Shown here: positions 29,993-45,249 of the stretch, piece by piece
Position numbering within the stretch: position 1 is the stretch's first letter
Layout of the letters: each line of letters starts with the position of its first letter
Source of the DNA: the human T2T-CHM13v2.0 reference genome, Homo sapiens
Length of the DNA: 64,000 nucleotides
Reading direction: 5' to 3' (one strand)
Assembly: GCF_009914755.1 (NCBI RefSeq)
Contig: NC_060939.1
Position numbers and translations under genes: made by a program
Notes under the pieces: model-generated
Told to the model about the DNA's origin: nothing
The model's input: only the letters and a program-made list of their open reading frames with translations
Databases searched by the model: none

Positions 29993-31119
29993 CGGCTGCC
30001 TTTCTGGGTTTTATTGTCATTACTCCACAGGCTCCTGTGACTCTCTGGAAACATCAAGCGAGAGCTGGAGATCCAGCACCAACTGAGATGGCTGCAGCTT
30101 CAGCAGATCCGAATTCTGAAACCAAGGCAGGCGTGCTAGTTATTAAATCAGGGCAGTGCCCAACAGGACATCAATCACAGCTCTGAGTTCATATCGAGCT
30201 TAAGACGACAGCCATCTAAGCATAGATTCTACCAGCAAATACCTAAACGTTTAAAGTTATTGAAAATCAGAAGCTCGGGTCTCGATCTTCATGGAACATC
30301 CCAGCTGCTCCTCAATCTGAGGCCCTACGCTCAAGCTAGAGCTCCATCACAGCATTAACTCATTAAAGGATTGACACCAACACAAAAGGGCCACGGAATC
30401 TACTGGAAAGCCCTCAAATATGTGGCAGTTTTGTAGGCTCTGTGACTCTCTTCATGGGAACGGCTAAGAGGGAGCCAAATGTGGAAGCTCCGTCAGTCTC
30501 TGGGACACTGTCCCAAGGCATCCTTGCATGGAGCCAGCATATCTTGGCATGGCCACCAAGTTGAATTCTCAGACATGTGGGAAACTGGAGATGAAGGAGG
30601 TTGCCTGCTGCCTTTCCCCAGCTGCATCCTACTAAAAAAGAAGTGGGGAGCAGACCCCAAATTTAGCTATGACAGCCAAAATTAAGTGTGTAGAGCAGTT
30701 GAGTTCAGCCAAAACTCATAATGGTGAAAATAGGAAGTGCTCTGCCTCCTTCATGAAAGACTATCTGTTCATCAGTACCTTGTTTGGGTCCCTCCTCGAA
30801 CAAGACTAATCCAGGACCTCCTGTCAAAGGGACCAGAGCACAAATCTCCCAGTATAAATGGACTAACTCTCAGATGAGCTAGGGAAATAGGAAGAAATTC
30901 CCTTATTTCCCTCTGTCTTCAATTCTACTTACCTCATGTTTATTTTTCATCTTACATGAATTAATAACTCTTCTCTTTCTTCTAAGGTTGTAAAGCTTCC
31001 ACTCAAGCTTTTATCTCCTTTTTTTTCCATCTACTTTTTGGATGTGGACCCATCTAGCACCCGTCTCTCTTCACTACTATAAACCCCTCTTGCCCACTGA
31101 CTTCTCACCTACAGAATAA

Positions 31120-31437
<318 letters not shown>

Positions 31438-34095
31438 TAATCAAAGTATTTCCTTGACCCGTCCTCCCCTAGAAATTACTCCTTTGTCTGCCTTCATCAC
31501 CAGACTCTGATGGGTAGTCTAAGCGGCGTGCCATATCATTCTTCTGCTTCCCAATCATTTCTCAAGCCTCATTTCACTCTCACTTCTACCACTTCACCCC
31601 CCTGACTTTACCTGTTATAAAGTCACAGTGATCTCTGATGCCCAGGCCCAACTGCTTTTTCCTAGTCCTCATTCAACACAGGTGAAGTTTAAATCCTTCA
31701 CAGTCTGACTAATGCCTACCTGGCCTCTCTGATCATTAGCAGCCTTGCATCTGATGAGATGGGGTACTCACTTATCTCGACAGACATAGGTATGATCAGG
31801 ATTCTGAAATTCCAGGAAGCCCAGGGCATATGGGTACTTATCACAATGTGGTATATGACTTCCCTGTGCACAGCCATCTCCCTCTGAATCACAGACCAGG
31901 TTTGAATCCACCATGTAAACCTGATGCATAGCCTACACTTGGCATTAAGTTTAGAGACTATCATTAAACTGTTGACTGTCATTAAAAGAAGAACATATGC
32001 CACCGATCCCTAAAAAACTCAAGCTAGCTATGTGGGTAGATTTCCAAAGAATCTGGAGACACTCCTTCTAGGGAGATTTTTTAAAGTCGCATTTAATTGA
32101 TGCCTTAGCTAATAACTTTCTTAAATGAACAAATATTTTTTGAGCACCCACTTTTCTGGGCACTGTAGTATTAGCAGGTTTGCCGATTGGCATACCAGCT
32201 ACAGCAGGAGCTGGGGTGGGAGATGGGAAAGTTAATCAGGCAGGAAGTAAGTCAGGTCTGAAGTGGGCTGCAGTGGCAAGGCCAATTCCTGAGGGTGCAG
32301 TCTGTCCCCTAAAAGCTCCTGCTTTCTGAGCTGCAGCAGGTCCTGCCCAGGGCATGCCCAGATGGGCTAAGCAACAGATGGACATTGGTGTGTTGGTGAG
32401 AGCACCAGGCTTCCCTTTGGCCTAGCCATTAACCCCTGATTCAATCCACCTATAACTGCTTCTTCTCAACCCCATTGCAAGGAAAGCAATGAGCAGGTGC
32501 TCAGACTTCTTTCTGATGCTGTATTTCCTTGATTCCAACTACCCCTGCTTCCAGGAGCATACCAGAGAGGTGGGCCACACATGGCTGAGTGGACTTCCAG
32601 AGCTGGCATCCATTGTCCCTCTCTCGGCCTGGCAGATAGGAAGGGCCAGCACCCAGGGATCTTGGAATGCACATGGCATCTTGGCAGCCACCTCTAACAG
32701 ATGACCAACAAACAGCTTGCTTGGGCTGTAGGAAGTGACACAAACCTAATTGCACTTATTGGTTTCAACTACAATGCTCCTCCCACACCCAGCTTTTTTC
32801 TCCCTTCCCTGTTGCCATTGGATCTTGATCCCTAATATCATCACTTTATGCTTGTCTTGCCCGTGCATATGTTTGGGCTCTTTCTGCATCATCTGCTCTG
32901 CTGTCTAAAGACCTTTCCTTCCCCCAGGACTTATCTTCAGCAGACAAGAGCTCAGGAACCCAGAAGAGGAGAGGAAGAGGATATATTTCTCCTGCCTGAC
33001 CATCTTTGGCCCCATCCATGCTCACCCCTAGAAAGACACTAAAGACCCTGTTTGTTAGAAAAAGAGGAGGAGAGGTGTTGAAGCCACAGCATGGGCTTTG
33101 CTGTCACCGCTGAGGGCTGCTAGAGAGAAAACATGGCTATCACTTGGCCTCAAAAGCTGCAGATTTAGATAATCTCACTAGCAATCTCTCCACCCCTTCA
33201 GATTTCCTGTTGCTATTTCCTTGAATTCCTTCCAGCTGGTTGACTTCTCTCCAGTTTGTGCCCCTCCCTTGCCTGGAGCCCAGATCAGTGGGTTGGCTGG
33301 AAATGCCTCTCTCTGAATTGTCTGTGGCCTTTTACAGCCAGCTTCAATCTCTACTGCCATGCCCCACCCGATGTGTTCCAAGGACGCCGCCTGCTTAAAG
33401 GTCAGAGCAAGAGGTCAGGATACATGGGTACTACCTCCCAACCCTCACTCTGACCTTGAGAAAGTCATGGCATCACGCTTGGTTAACCCTCTGCAGGACA
33501 TAGAGATTAGAGGCTTCATTCAGAATTCCATTAACATTTCTGGACTGTGCAGCTCAGAATCCCCAGCCCTAAAATGTGGCAAGGCTCTGGCCAGAAGAGC
33601 CCTTTGGGGAACAACATTATGTGAATGTTGGCAACATCTTGATGTTACCTGAAAAAAGATAATGACCTCTGCATTCAACGTGTTGCATCTTTGGGTCTGA
33701 AGCAATAATGTTTCAGAAGGAGATAGCTTTCCACAGTCAGCTCTCTGTTACAAGATAGCTGTCCCTCAGGAGAATCCACTGGATACCTGCTTGGGGGAAT
33801 CCACTGGATACCTGCAGTCCTCATCAGAGGTAGCAATGCAGTGACAGACATACTATCTCTGATGAGGGCTGCCACTGAGCCATCTCCCTTGTTCAGCTTA
33901 ACCACCAAGAGTACCTAAATACTTGTGCTGTTTTTCGTAAGAATGGAAAAATAAAACAATCCAAGTTTTCAAACACAGGGGACTAGACAAATAAATCTGG
34001 TATGTCCACACAGTGGAGCATGACACAGTCATTAAAAGTCAAGCCATGACCCTCTGTTTATTAAGACTGTGGGGAATCTCATTCTCATATATGGA

Positions 34096-34415
34096 CAGTC
34101 CCCCACTGAACGATGGTTCGACTTGGGACTTTTCAATTTCACTATGGTGTGAAATTATTCTGCTTTTCACTTTCAGTATGGTATTCCATAAATTACATGA
34201 GATATTCAGTACTTTATTATAAAGTAAGCTTTGTGTTACGTGATTTTGCCCAACTGTAGGCTAATGTCAGTGTTCTGAGCACATTTAAGGTAGGCTAGTC
34301 TAAGCGATGATGGTTGGTAAGTTAGGTGTTATTAAGTGCATTTTCAACCTGTGATATTTTCAACTTATCATGGGTTTATCAGGACATAGCCTCATGGTAA
34401 ATTGAGGAGCATCTG
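34096..34415 (-). mobile_element. MER47-like TcMar-Tigger fossil
   Basis: Reverse complement begins cagatgctcctcaatttaccatgagg...gataaacccatgataagttgaaaatatc, matching the recalled MER47 terminus. Confidence 0.7.
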
Positions 34416-35128
34416 TATTACTCTTGGGGTACACATTGGTATCACCCCATATGGCCAATATATACAAAACAGATATACCAAATAGCTTATAGGGGTCATA
34501 CGGCTTTATGTTAATATTATATTTAGGTTCAACCACATTTATTTAGTTTCAATATATTTAGGATCAATCCATTTCCGTGTTTTATAAGAGCAAACTGTTG
34601 TGAAGAAATTAAATAAATTTGAGTACATCAATATAACAGGATAGTATGGATCTCTAAAACAACAATGAGGGAGTTCTCTAAGAGCTCCAAGAAACTGGGG
34701 TGGGGAAGGGATTATCCTAAAAAGTGCACAATAGTATGTATGATACAGCTGCAGTTGTACAAAATAGAGAAAAAATAAACAACATACATTTATATCTGTT
34801 TGTATATAATTGGCTTAGATATAATTCATAAGGACACTCAATAACAGAGGTTACTTATCTGGTAATGGTAGCGGTGCTAGGAACAACTTGCCAATGAGGA
34901 ACAGGTGTAAAAAAGGGGAGTGCTCTCATTTTATAGACAGATAGATCAATCTGTAGCAGTAATTTGGATAAATAATGATAATACTTCAATAAAGTTTACA
35001 TATATTATATATGTTTAGTTTATATATTATATATTTACTATGTATTATATACAAGCATCATTGAGTTCATACATGCAAACTTTATTTTACATATTTATTA
35101 TATAACTTATTTTGTATATATATACAAA

Positions 35129-35625
35129 CTTTATTGAGACATTATTTTACATACCATAAAATTCACCTATTTTAATGTAAAATTCAACAACTTTTAGTAA
35201 ATCTACTGAATGGTATAATCACCAGCATAAACCAGTTTTCAAACATTCATCACCCCAACAAGAACCCTGGGTCCATTTATAGTTAATCCCTGCTTCCAAC
35301 CCCAGCCTTAGGCAGCCACTAATATAATTTCTGTCTCTCCGTATTTGCCTCTTCTTGACATTGCACACAAATGGCATCATAGAAAATGGGATGTTTTGTG
35401 TCCAGCTACTTAGCATGTTTCTTTGAGATTCATTCATGTTGTAGCATGTGTAAGTGCTTCATTCCTTTTTATTGCTGAGTAGTAATCCATTCTATGGTTA
35501 CACCACATTTTCTTTCTCCATTCACCAGTCAATAAACATTGCGTTTTTCTGCTCTTGACCATTATGAAAAATGCTGCTATGAACATTTCTGTGCAAGTTT
35601 GTGTGTGTGTATATGTGTGTATTTT
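35129..35625 (-). mobile_element. Old L1 (L1MB-like) 3' end
   Basis: tttattgaga...cataccataaaattcacc...gagattcattcatgttgtagcatgt...ttcattcctttttattgctgagtagtaatccatt. Confidence 0.8.
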
Positions 35626-36410
35626 TTTAACCATGTGGTGAATATATCACTTCCACAAAAATTTTTAACATTGCAAAAGATCAGTTAAATTGCAAATGCA
35701 ATCTTATTTTTAAAAAAAGGTAGCAAAGTAATGTGTATGTGCATGTGCACGTGGAATGATTTGATTCTGACAAATAAGTACATAAAAAAGATTAGAAGGC
35801 AGAAAGCTGAAATGTTAACAGTGTTGTCTCTGGGTGATGGGATGGTGGATAATTTATGTGTTTGTGTGCTTTTCTGTATTTCACTGAATTTTCTACTGTG
35901 AATATAAATTACCTTTGTAATCAGAAAAAAGCACAATGTTATTAAAAGAAAAAAACTATCCTTCCTATTCAATTTCTCCAGGGTCTTTACCTTTCTGTGA
36001 CAGAGAGATATTCTCACAATAGTCCACAGATGGGGAGCCGGGAAGGGGCAGCCCCTCTCTTTCCTTTATGATGCTGGTCACGGCATCCAGAAAGCTGCAG
36101 ATCCCCAGTAAATACCAGTCAATTGTGGAGACCTCGAGATCAGTCTCTATGGCAACTGGGTGGGCCTGTAAGAGCATTGCCCCAGTGTGGAGACTGTCCA
36201 GCAGGAAGAACCTCCACAATTGTGTACCTCAGGCAGCCCGAGGTCACCAAAGGACCGTGGTGTTTATTCACCAGGCAGTGGAGTCAGGATTTCCAAGGCT
36301 TGAAGGCAGCTCTCTCTAAACAATGGAAACTTTAAAGTCTTAACTGATCATTTTGATTATGCCATTCTTTGAACTGCCATTTTTATTTAAACATCTGCAG
36401 ATCAATATCA

Positions 36411-36756
<346 letters not shown>

Positions 36757-37519
36757 CTCCACTTGGGAACTAGGTGTCTTTCCTCTATGTTTACCTCTCC
36801 CATAATTTCATCATATTGCTTCATAATTACTCACTTATCTATACCAGGCCTATTCCTTACATTTGAAGGACTTGGGACAAGGGAATAATTAGAAGCACAC
36901 ACACATGTCTAAAATTTGGAAGTTATAAATCAAGCTAACACACTAATAAATAAGGCATGTCTTATCCTCCTGCCCTGCGAAATTGATCTTCAGGATGACC
37001 TGAAGGACCAGGTGACTTCCGGTGTCTCTGGTTCCTCAGATTTGCGAGTGGAGACACATGGTGCTAAGGAGTTGGCCCCTGGCCTGTTCCCTTCTCTTCC
37101 ACCCCCATCTTCCATCCCACAGTGAAAGGGGTCTCGCGTACATATGTGTGCACACTGAGCCTGCAACTCCATCTTCCTCTAACCGTCCCACCCTGACACT
37201 CTCGATGTTCCCACTGCCCCCACACAGTAATCCTTTGGCCAACTCTTGGGCTTAGCAGTACACGTACCTGCAGCGTAGCCCACCCTTAGAACAGATGAAT
37301 GAAGAGACCCGCATGTGTCCTGGAGGCAAGCTGAGAGCTGTTTGGGTAAGGAATTCTGGTTTAGGAAATGAAACATTGTCTAGAAGGGAGGTGGGGTGCA
37401 GGCTCCAGATGGTCCCTTCTCATGGCCCTAGGACTTTTGGCAGCTAAAGGAGGGCCCTAAAAAGTGGGGAGGTCCCCTCTTACCCAAGACTAGTGAATAC
37501 TGGACTGTATTGTCTCTAG

Positions 37520-37677
37520 ACTGGGGTTTCTCAACGTTAATACTGTTAGCATTTGGGGCTGGATCATTCTTTCTTGTGGGAAGCTGTCAGAAGCACCCAC
37601 CCTCAGTTGTCACAACCAAAAATGTCTCCACACATGTCCCTTAGGGGACAAGATCACCCCCAATTGAAAACCAGTGC
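37520..37677. mobile_element. MER20-like fossil, internally deleted
   Basis: ggtttctcaac...actgttagcatttggggctggatcattctt...agttgtcacaaccaaaaatgtctcca...aattgaaaaccagtg. Confidence 0.75.
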
Positions 37678-38626
37678 AGGAGACAATAAAGCTCTTGATG
37701 ACAGGAAATACAACTGACTCACTTAGTAGCAGAGTGTGTGGCACAGAGTGGATGCCCCAAATATGTTTGAAGAATGAGTCAATTAAGCAACATTTGCTCA
37801 TGATCTCAGAGGTATTCCTTGAAAGACCCTATTCCGGTGGGTTTGTGAAATAATCCCACAGAAGGGCAGTTCTTGCTCCCCGGGGTATAAATGATGAACA
37901 GGAAGAGGCATGAACACTGTCACCCACTTAGGACCTCATGATGAGACAGGTCCCTCTGCTGGGTGGTGTGCTGGGTGCTATACAGAGTTAACCTAAGGAA
38001 GCTCCCTAGACATTAAAGCATTTCATAGTCCAATCTTCCTATACCGAAGCTGCCCAGCTTAGGAGAAAGAGGAAGGAGGTGCCAGAGTGTCTAAACTTAA
38101 ATAGGCACTCCCATAGGTCCTGGCTAGAGCACTGCGAGCCTCACATGTTCCTTAAACAAGTCCAAATGTGATGCACAATGAGAGCTACAGTGCAATGAAG
38201 GGATGCCCAACCAGCAAGGTGCTGCTTATAAATTCTCTCATCCCATGCCATTCATGCCTCCTGCTCTCACCAATGGGATTTTGTAAATCCTGTTCGTGCT
38301 GAGTCTCTTCAATCAACCAATAATGTTTACTGTGACATCAAGCCCATGTTCTTCTCCAGAGCAAGCAAACAGCCCCCACTCTGTTTTCTTATAATAGGTG
38401 AAGTCTTTCTTGTATATTTTCCACATTCGTAGCAACTGAACATGCATGGTTGTAGCCAGTTTGCTTTAAGTCAACACCCATGGGGCAGTCAGTGATGTCT
38501 GAGTAAAGAAATGGAATTCTGATGGACTTCTACACTTGGATCAAAGTGCATGACTGGTAGATTTCCCTGGCTCCAAAGGGACTCAGGTTTGATTTCAGAA
38601 TCTGCTTGTGCCTGTTTTCCTAGAAC

Positions 38627-38980
38627 AGCAGGTCTCAAAATGGTCCAAAGGTCCCTGGTGGGCTCAAGACCCTTTCAGGAGATTCATGTGTCAAAACTAT
38701 TTTCCCAGCAATAGTAAGATAGTGTATGCCTTTTTTACTCTCGTGTCTCGCAGGTATTATTCATGAAGTTGTCCAGTGGTTTCCAGACATGTGATGATGT
38801 CATCATCCTGACAGCTACATGGAATGTGTGTGTATACTTGAGCTTTTAAATTATACTCAGTTTTAATTTCAAATGCAGTGAATATGATGGATATAACCCA
38901 CAGAAACAAACATCATTTGGGGTTTCTATGACTTTTAAGTGAAAAGAAGTCCCAAGACCAAAAACTTTGAGAACCACTGC
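38627..38980. mobile_element. hAT-Charlie-type fossil
   Basis: Termini cagcaggtctcaaaa ... tttgagaaccactg, each flanked by ctaga. Confidence 0.6.
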
Positions 38981-41900
38981 CCTAGAGCAATGGTGCTAGC
39001 CTAACTTCTACATCACAGCAAGTAGGGAGTGGAGGCAAAACACTTCAAAGACTTCTGGGAGGTAGAGTAAGTTAGTGAGGGTAAAAATATGTACACGTTC
39101 AGAGTTTTATAACAGGAGTGTCACTGTGACATTTTAACTGCAAAATGTTCTCCAGGTTCTTCAAGGTAGAAAAAAAAACAGGTCTAGGAAAGAAACGAAA
39201 GTATTGATATCTTCAACAAAAGCAACACCTCCTAAATACAATATTGCTTGTTTGGAGCTCTACTGATGATCTAATTTGCAGTTTGACTAACCTCACCTCA
39301 CCACCCCTAAACTGACCAAAAGTTGACTCCATGTGTTTGCATCTCCCAGAGTATTGTCAAGGGTATGCAAAAACAATTAGGAGAGTGACTAAGAGCGTGT
39401 TTGTACCATGTGTAGAGATGGAAGAGAGAGCATGTGAAGCTTGTGATTCTAACTGCAATTTGGGGATTATTGGTGAATTTCAATTACCCATGCTATAGAA
39501 TCAGGATATGATTATCAACATGAAGCATTCATTTTATCACTGACCAAAATAAACAGATGAAAGAACTCATTCCCCCCAGCTTTACCACCAATCCTTCAAT
39601 CAGTTTTTATTTAACCTTTTAACATTTCTTTACTTCTTTTATCTCCTCACATAACATAGATGCTATCCCCCCACCCCCTGCCAGGTACCAAGGTATTTTG
39701 AACACAATGGAATTATCCTTCCTATGCCCAGCATACTCAGAAGAGGCATAGGACAATTGCCTTCATCTTTCAGAGGGAACGAATGAGAGATGAAATTCAC
39801 CTTCCCAGATTGACATGGCCAATTGGTGCCCAGGCCCAAACGGAGATGCTTCCCACTCATATCAGAGCAGGGGCCTTCCGAATCCCTGCTTGAAGAGGCA
39901 CAGGCTGGAAACACCCACAGGGGTGGAAAGAGTTACTGACGCGTGTGCCAGAGTCCCTTTAAGGGAAAGAGGTAACTCCTGCTTTGTGCAAATATCATTT
40001 CCAGAAATTGCGTCCCCCAACTCATATATTGAAGGACATGAATTTTCTTGATTAAAATAATGATAATAGCAATAATAAGAAGAATAGATAGATAGATAGC
40101 TCAAGTAGAGCTCAACAGCATGTGACTAATGAGAAAAGTTTTACCAGTTCAAGGCTGGGGCAGCTAAATAATGGCCATAAACTATCATGTGAAGCCAGGC
40201 TACTTCTCTACAGCCTGCTTACATCTTCTGTGCTATAAATAATTCAGAGTTTTCTTTTTTCTTAAATATCACAAAACCAAGTCAGAATCTTTATGTGAAG
40301 GATTCTGCTGTGTCCCTCTCTCCCTCCTCCTCTCCCTCCCTAGCCAGCCCAGGCAACTCCCTGGAGAATGACCCCTCAAGCTTTAACATTTATACTTTGA
40401 CATTTCAGACTATTTGTTAGGCAGAGCTGCCTTCTTGAGATCAATTTCAGAAAATCTTGCCGAGAACTCCCGCTTGGCCTTGTCCAGCTGTGACAGAGAG
40501 GGTCTATTAACCCCCAAGCATCTGCTTCCACCCTCATCCAGAGAAATCCACTGATCCTCACCCAAAGGGGCAGCCATCTCTCTCACTCAGTTTGCCTTAT
40601 ACACAACATATTCAGAGAGAGAGAAGGACCAGGAACCAAGAGATGTCCTCCACTAAGAGACAACAGTGACTCATGGGGACATGGTATTTGGGGCATCTGT
40701 CCAGGCAGGGTCTTTTACATGAGGATCAGCAAACTCTACTAGCTACTCAGAGACAAATATGGAACAAGGAAAGGTAACTTACCCCATGTCATTTTGCTAG
40801 TGGTAGAGTTGAGACTGGGATCCGGGTCTTCATTGCTGTATGCTACCACTAGATGATGTCACCTCCACCAGCCTGGGCGGATGGCCAGGTTTAATGCTGA
40901 GGTCTCAAGCTCTTATGTGAAATGACTTACCATTTTCTTCTGAGATATCACAGCGAAGGTTTCCTGATCTTCACAAGAGTGTCTATCCATCAGCAACCAG
41001 AATTTTTTCTGACTCTACGTAGAAGGCAGAAGTGAGGGCTGAGCCTAGAGCTGGGTAGCGTGCTGGGTGTGGTGGTTTCTTGATATAAGAAGTGGGTGGT
41101 TGACGAACACATCCTGCTTGATTCTTCTTTAAAAGCTTCTGATCACACTATAACCCAGTGTTTTCTAACATGTGTGTGCTGAGTCTATTAATAGATATTA
41201 AATGAAGAATGTTTTGTGTTTAATTAGAATTGGAAAGAGGTAGAATAAGGTTTGTTTACAGCAGGACTTCTTGGAGCCTTTGATATCCTAATGCAAACTG
41301 TGAAACTCTAAGAGCTGGCCATATTGTGCAACATTCTCCAAAGTTCTCTGATGGATCCTTGGCATATCATGAGACTAAGGAGAAACATTGCTGCAATCAA
41401 TAAAAAGGGGAGCACTTGATCCTTACAACATCATTTGTCTAGTAACTGGAGGAAGAGAAAAAGATTTTTCTGCAAGTTGGGGATTTCAAATTAAGGGAGA
41501 ACCATATTGCAGGCCCTGAAGCTCTGCCCAGAAAACAGACCAATTTATGCAGGATAACAGTTGGTCAAGTGATTGACCCAATAAAATTATTAAGATGGCC
41601 AAAGACACCATCCTGAAAATGCACAGTGGGGTTATTCTGGTCTTCTTAACGACTAGGTTGGCCATTTGGTATCAGAGGTACTGTGTAGCAATCTCCTGTT
41701 ATGGTAGCAAGAAATGCCAAATTGACAGCCATAAAGATTGAACGATTCTGTGAGTCATTTAAACATGAACTTAGAATTTAAATTCTCCCAAGAAGGACAT
41801 TCTCAGAATATGTTCTATATTGGTGGTGCCTCCCCTGCTGCCCACTGACAGTGGGAGGAAACAGACTCAAGTTCTCCCTGGCCAGCTCTATATCTGGCTC

Positions 41901-44900
41901 CCTCTGAAGCAAAAGGCCTCAGTGAGGAGCTATGGTCGCCGGTTGGGGGCAACCAGAGAGCATCACAGATCCTGGCTGTGCCCTCCTGGCCAGGGTGAGC
42001 TGTCAGGAACTAGCAGTCTTGACAGAAGTTGTTTGAGATTTACTCTCATGTTCTCTGCCATGTGAATTTTCTTTCAGAATTAATAGCAAGAGCATCCAGA
42101 GATTCTGACAGAATATAATTAATAGGCTAGATTTAGTTAGTATCTAGCCAGTACTCTGGAATGTTCCTTCTGTCACCCTTGCCTTGACTTTGGCAGCAAG
42201 AGGGCAGAGCTTGGAGACTGCTTGTCTGACCCAGTGCTGAGAAAGACTGGAAATTAGCCTTTGTAGGTGCAGGGGTCCCCTGCGTCACAGAGGCTAAACC
42301 CTTTCAGCTTAAAACTAGAGGACCCTCCATGTCATGAGCTCCCGACACGCTCAAGAACCTAGCTGTGAGAGGTAAATATTTCCCTAGGCCTGTGCAGCTG
42401 CCAAGGACCATGTCACAGGCTCTGTAGACCTGCCCCATCCCTAGAAGAGCACATGTGCTCCCCACAGCTCCACACCCTCTCTTTTTAAGAGAAGTGCGTT
42501 TTTGAAGGTCAGGATTTCATGACTTTTGACCAAAGGCTATTGCAAGCCTTGCAGAGCAAAGAATACCACAATGTGATTTTTAAACGACATTACGAGGTCC
42601 CAAACAGACTGAAGGTAGTGTGAGCTTTGGAGTGAGAAAGTAAGTGGTCTATCAGAACTCTGTAACAGAGGTATCACCAGGCCATATTAGACAGCAGTGA
42701 AGTCACTTTCCCCTTTGCCAAGGCTAAGTCCTTGTCCTTCTCACTGCAGAATGAACTTGAGGGCAAGGGAGGGGAGAATGTGTCTTTTTCAGGGAAATAG
42801 GCCACTTGCTCCAGTGAGGTCTCCAAAGGCAGAGCTAGGCTTCATTGAGCTGCCATGATAACAGCACACAGGTGGCAGAAACTGAGGCAAAGACAGCCAT
42901 GAAGACAAGCTGGTCATCACTGCAATCCACAAAGGCTTCCAGCATTACTTACCAAAGCCAGGTTTGGTAGTGTTTTCTGAGGTGACATGATGTTCTGTCC
43001 CTCAAACTTGGAAGAAGACAAAAGTCAGGGACTGCCATACTGGAACGATGCCTTTGGGCAGCCTCACTCCTTGCTCTGCAAACCCTCTCCATAGCTGAGC
43101 AGGGGATTTTGACCACCCCTCCAAACTCAGACATTACTTGACATTACTCTTAGGGTGTGAAGTGAGAACTGCTCGAGGGTTTTGGCTCTCAGAAAAGCCA
43201 AGCTCCATTCTTCTTGACTTACGCCAAAGGCCCCAGTCCCCACCCATAGGTAAATCAAAGCCTTAAATCATCTATTTAAGAGAAGCTTTGAGAGGATCCT
43301 TTTGGTAGAGGGTCATGAGAAAATACCATGATCCTGAGAAAGCCAGGTGCCCATCTGGTCCCATATGGAAGGCTCATGTATCTTGGTTTGAAAGTCCCAC
43401 CAGAGCCCTCAGCTAAGATTTCTCTACAGCTCAGTTCTCTGGGTAATTTGCAACCCTGCCGTTTTCCTCTACCTCAGAGTTCCAAGTTCCTTCCCAGATA
43501 CAACCCACACAGACCTGGGCTGGAGGCCTTTGATACCAAATCTGAGCCATCAGTACCTTCTACGTCCCTGTGGGATCTGTGCTCCTCAGAAGTGCTCCTG
43601 TCTTTCTTGTTCCCTTCTCTCAAAGCAGAGCATGCCCCAGTCAAAGGTTTGCCTCTGATATCTTCCTTGTCCCCCTCGTTTTTGTCATTCCTCGCCATCC
43701 TGGCCCAGGAGCATACAGAACCTTTGAGCAATGCATTCACACCCACCCAGAAGTCAAGCATAATGAGGAGAGAAGATCTAGCTCTCTCAGGCACAAACAC
43801 CCAGATATTTTGTGATAGAAGGAAAATGTGCCAAAATGAAAAGGGGCAAAAACACAGAGGGGTGTTAGACCTTATCACCCGTGCAGAAATCTCTTCCCTT
43901 ATCAAGATTTAATTTCAAGGGAAACTGGGGTCACTCTATGCAAGTTTTATCCACTGAGTAGGAGAAACTGGAACAAAAGTCCTACCCAAGAGGGCCTCAG
44001 AATCCTGATGGAATTTCAGAACCACCCAAAAAAGCAGACAAGGGACTTATCTCTTGCCAGCATATCTCCTTCAACTCACTTTTGGGTTCAAGTAGGGTTG
44101 AAGAAGGAGTCTTATTTAGCTCTGGAAATATACTGTCAGATCTAGGCTGAGGTTTTCTTGGGAGGTGGGAAGTATAGGGGGTGGTAACAGTAGGATTTCT
44201 AAAGGCAAAATGCAGAACCAGAGCTATCCAAGGAATCTGGAGGCTGCAAGCAGTTTCGCCCACATCAGCCAGCATTAAAGATTGGCAATGTGGTGGGTGG
44301 GGGAGAGCTGGGAGAGAGGAGGAGGAGAGCTCCAGGCCCGTGCTGGACAGTCTAGATGGAAGCCAGACTCCCCATTGTTCTCCACCTTCCTCCCGTCTCT
44401 GCTGTCATGCTTAAGAGTTTTCCCTGGGCCCTTCACAGAGAAGACTCCAAGCAGCCAGCATCGCCCCTCTCCCCCTCCCTGTCTCTCCCTCCCTGCCACC
44501 TTCATTTTGCTCTTGCTTTCAGAGTCATGCTGGCAGCAATGTGCGAGTCTAGCCAGAGCACAGGAGTCAGTAAACCCTGAAGGAACAAAGGCTCCGGCTC
44601 TTTGCCTAATCCATGTCTGGCTCCGTGCAGAAAGCTACACAACAATGAAGTCGTCCTGCATTGATCTGCCCGCTCCTGAGCTTTCCCGCGGCATCCAACC
44701 CTCCCTTGCTGCCTCACCATTGTATCTGAGATGCTTGATCCTTTGCTCATGCCTGGTCTTGACCTGAGGGAACTGGGACGAGCCAGGGGATGTGTCACAG
44801 CCCAGTGCTGTGCTGCGGTCACACCTGTGGCTGGGGAGGTGGAGGTGAGGATGTGGCTGCTGGGAGCTTGGCTGCAGAAAGGGATTCCCGCACAAAAGAA

Positions 44901-45062
44901 GAGACAGAGGTGGCTAGAGGTCAGATTCTTGACTTCCAAATTGAGCCTGATTTGTGTTTGGTCTTTTTAGGGTGAGCATTGCATGGCTGAGCTTGGACAT
45001 ATCAGGAGGTCTTTGAGGTGCGTTGAAGAAAGGTTAAGTGACAGTGGGTAGTCAGACAAGGC

Positions 45063-45249
45063 CCTTTCTTCTACTACCTTCCTGTCTGAAGCTGCTCACC
45101 CTTGCCCAGACCTGGGCAGCCTAACCTGATATCCTAAGGATCAGGTTGGTCTCATCCTTTCTTCTACCACCTTCCTATCTGAAGCTTCTCACCCTTGCCC
45201 AGACCTGGGCAGCCTAACTGCTATCCTAAGGATCAGGTTGGTCTCATCC
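45063..45249. repeat. Two-copy tandem duplication, 93-bp unit
   Basis: Copies at 45063-45155 and 45156-45247, with about 5 differences. Confidence 0.95.

Noticed and set aside
36840-37510. Possible MER45-like DNA transposon
   Set aside because: Resemblance too weak to call by eye; needs a Dfam search.
43328-43912. 194-aa ORF (also 52453-53148, 26004-26645, 15626-16138)
   Set aside because: No recognisable domain or exon structure; lengths are compatible with chance in 64 kb across six frames.
45063-45249. Palindromic repeats as a CRISPR-like array
   Set aside because: Two adjacent copies with no spacers, in mammalian intron DNA.
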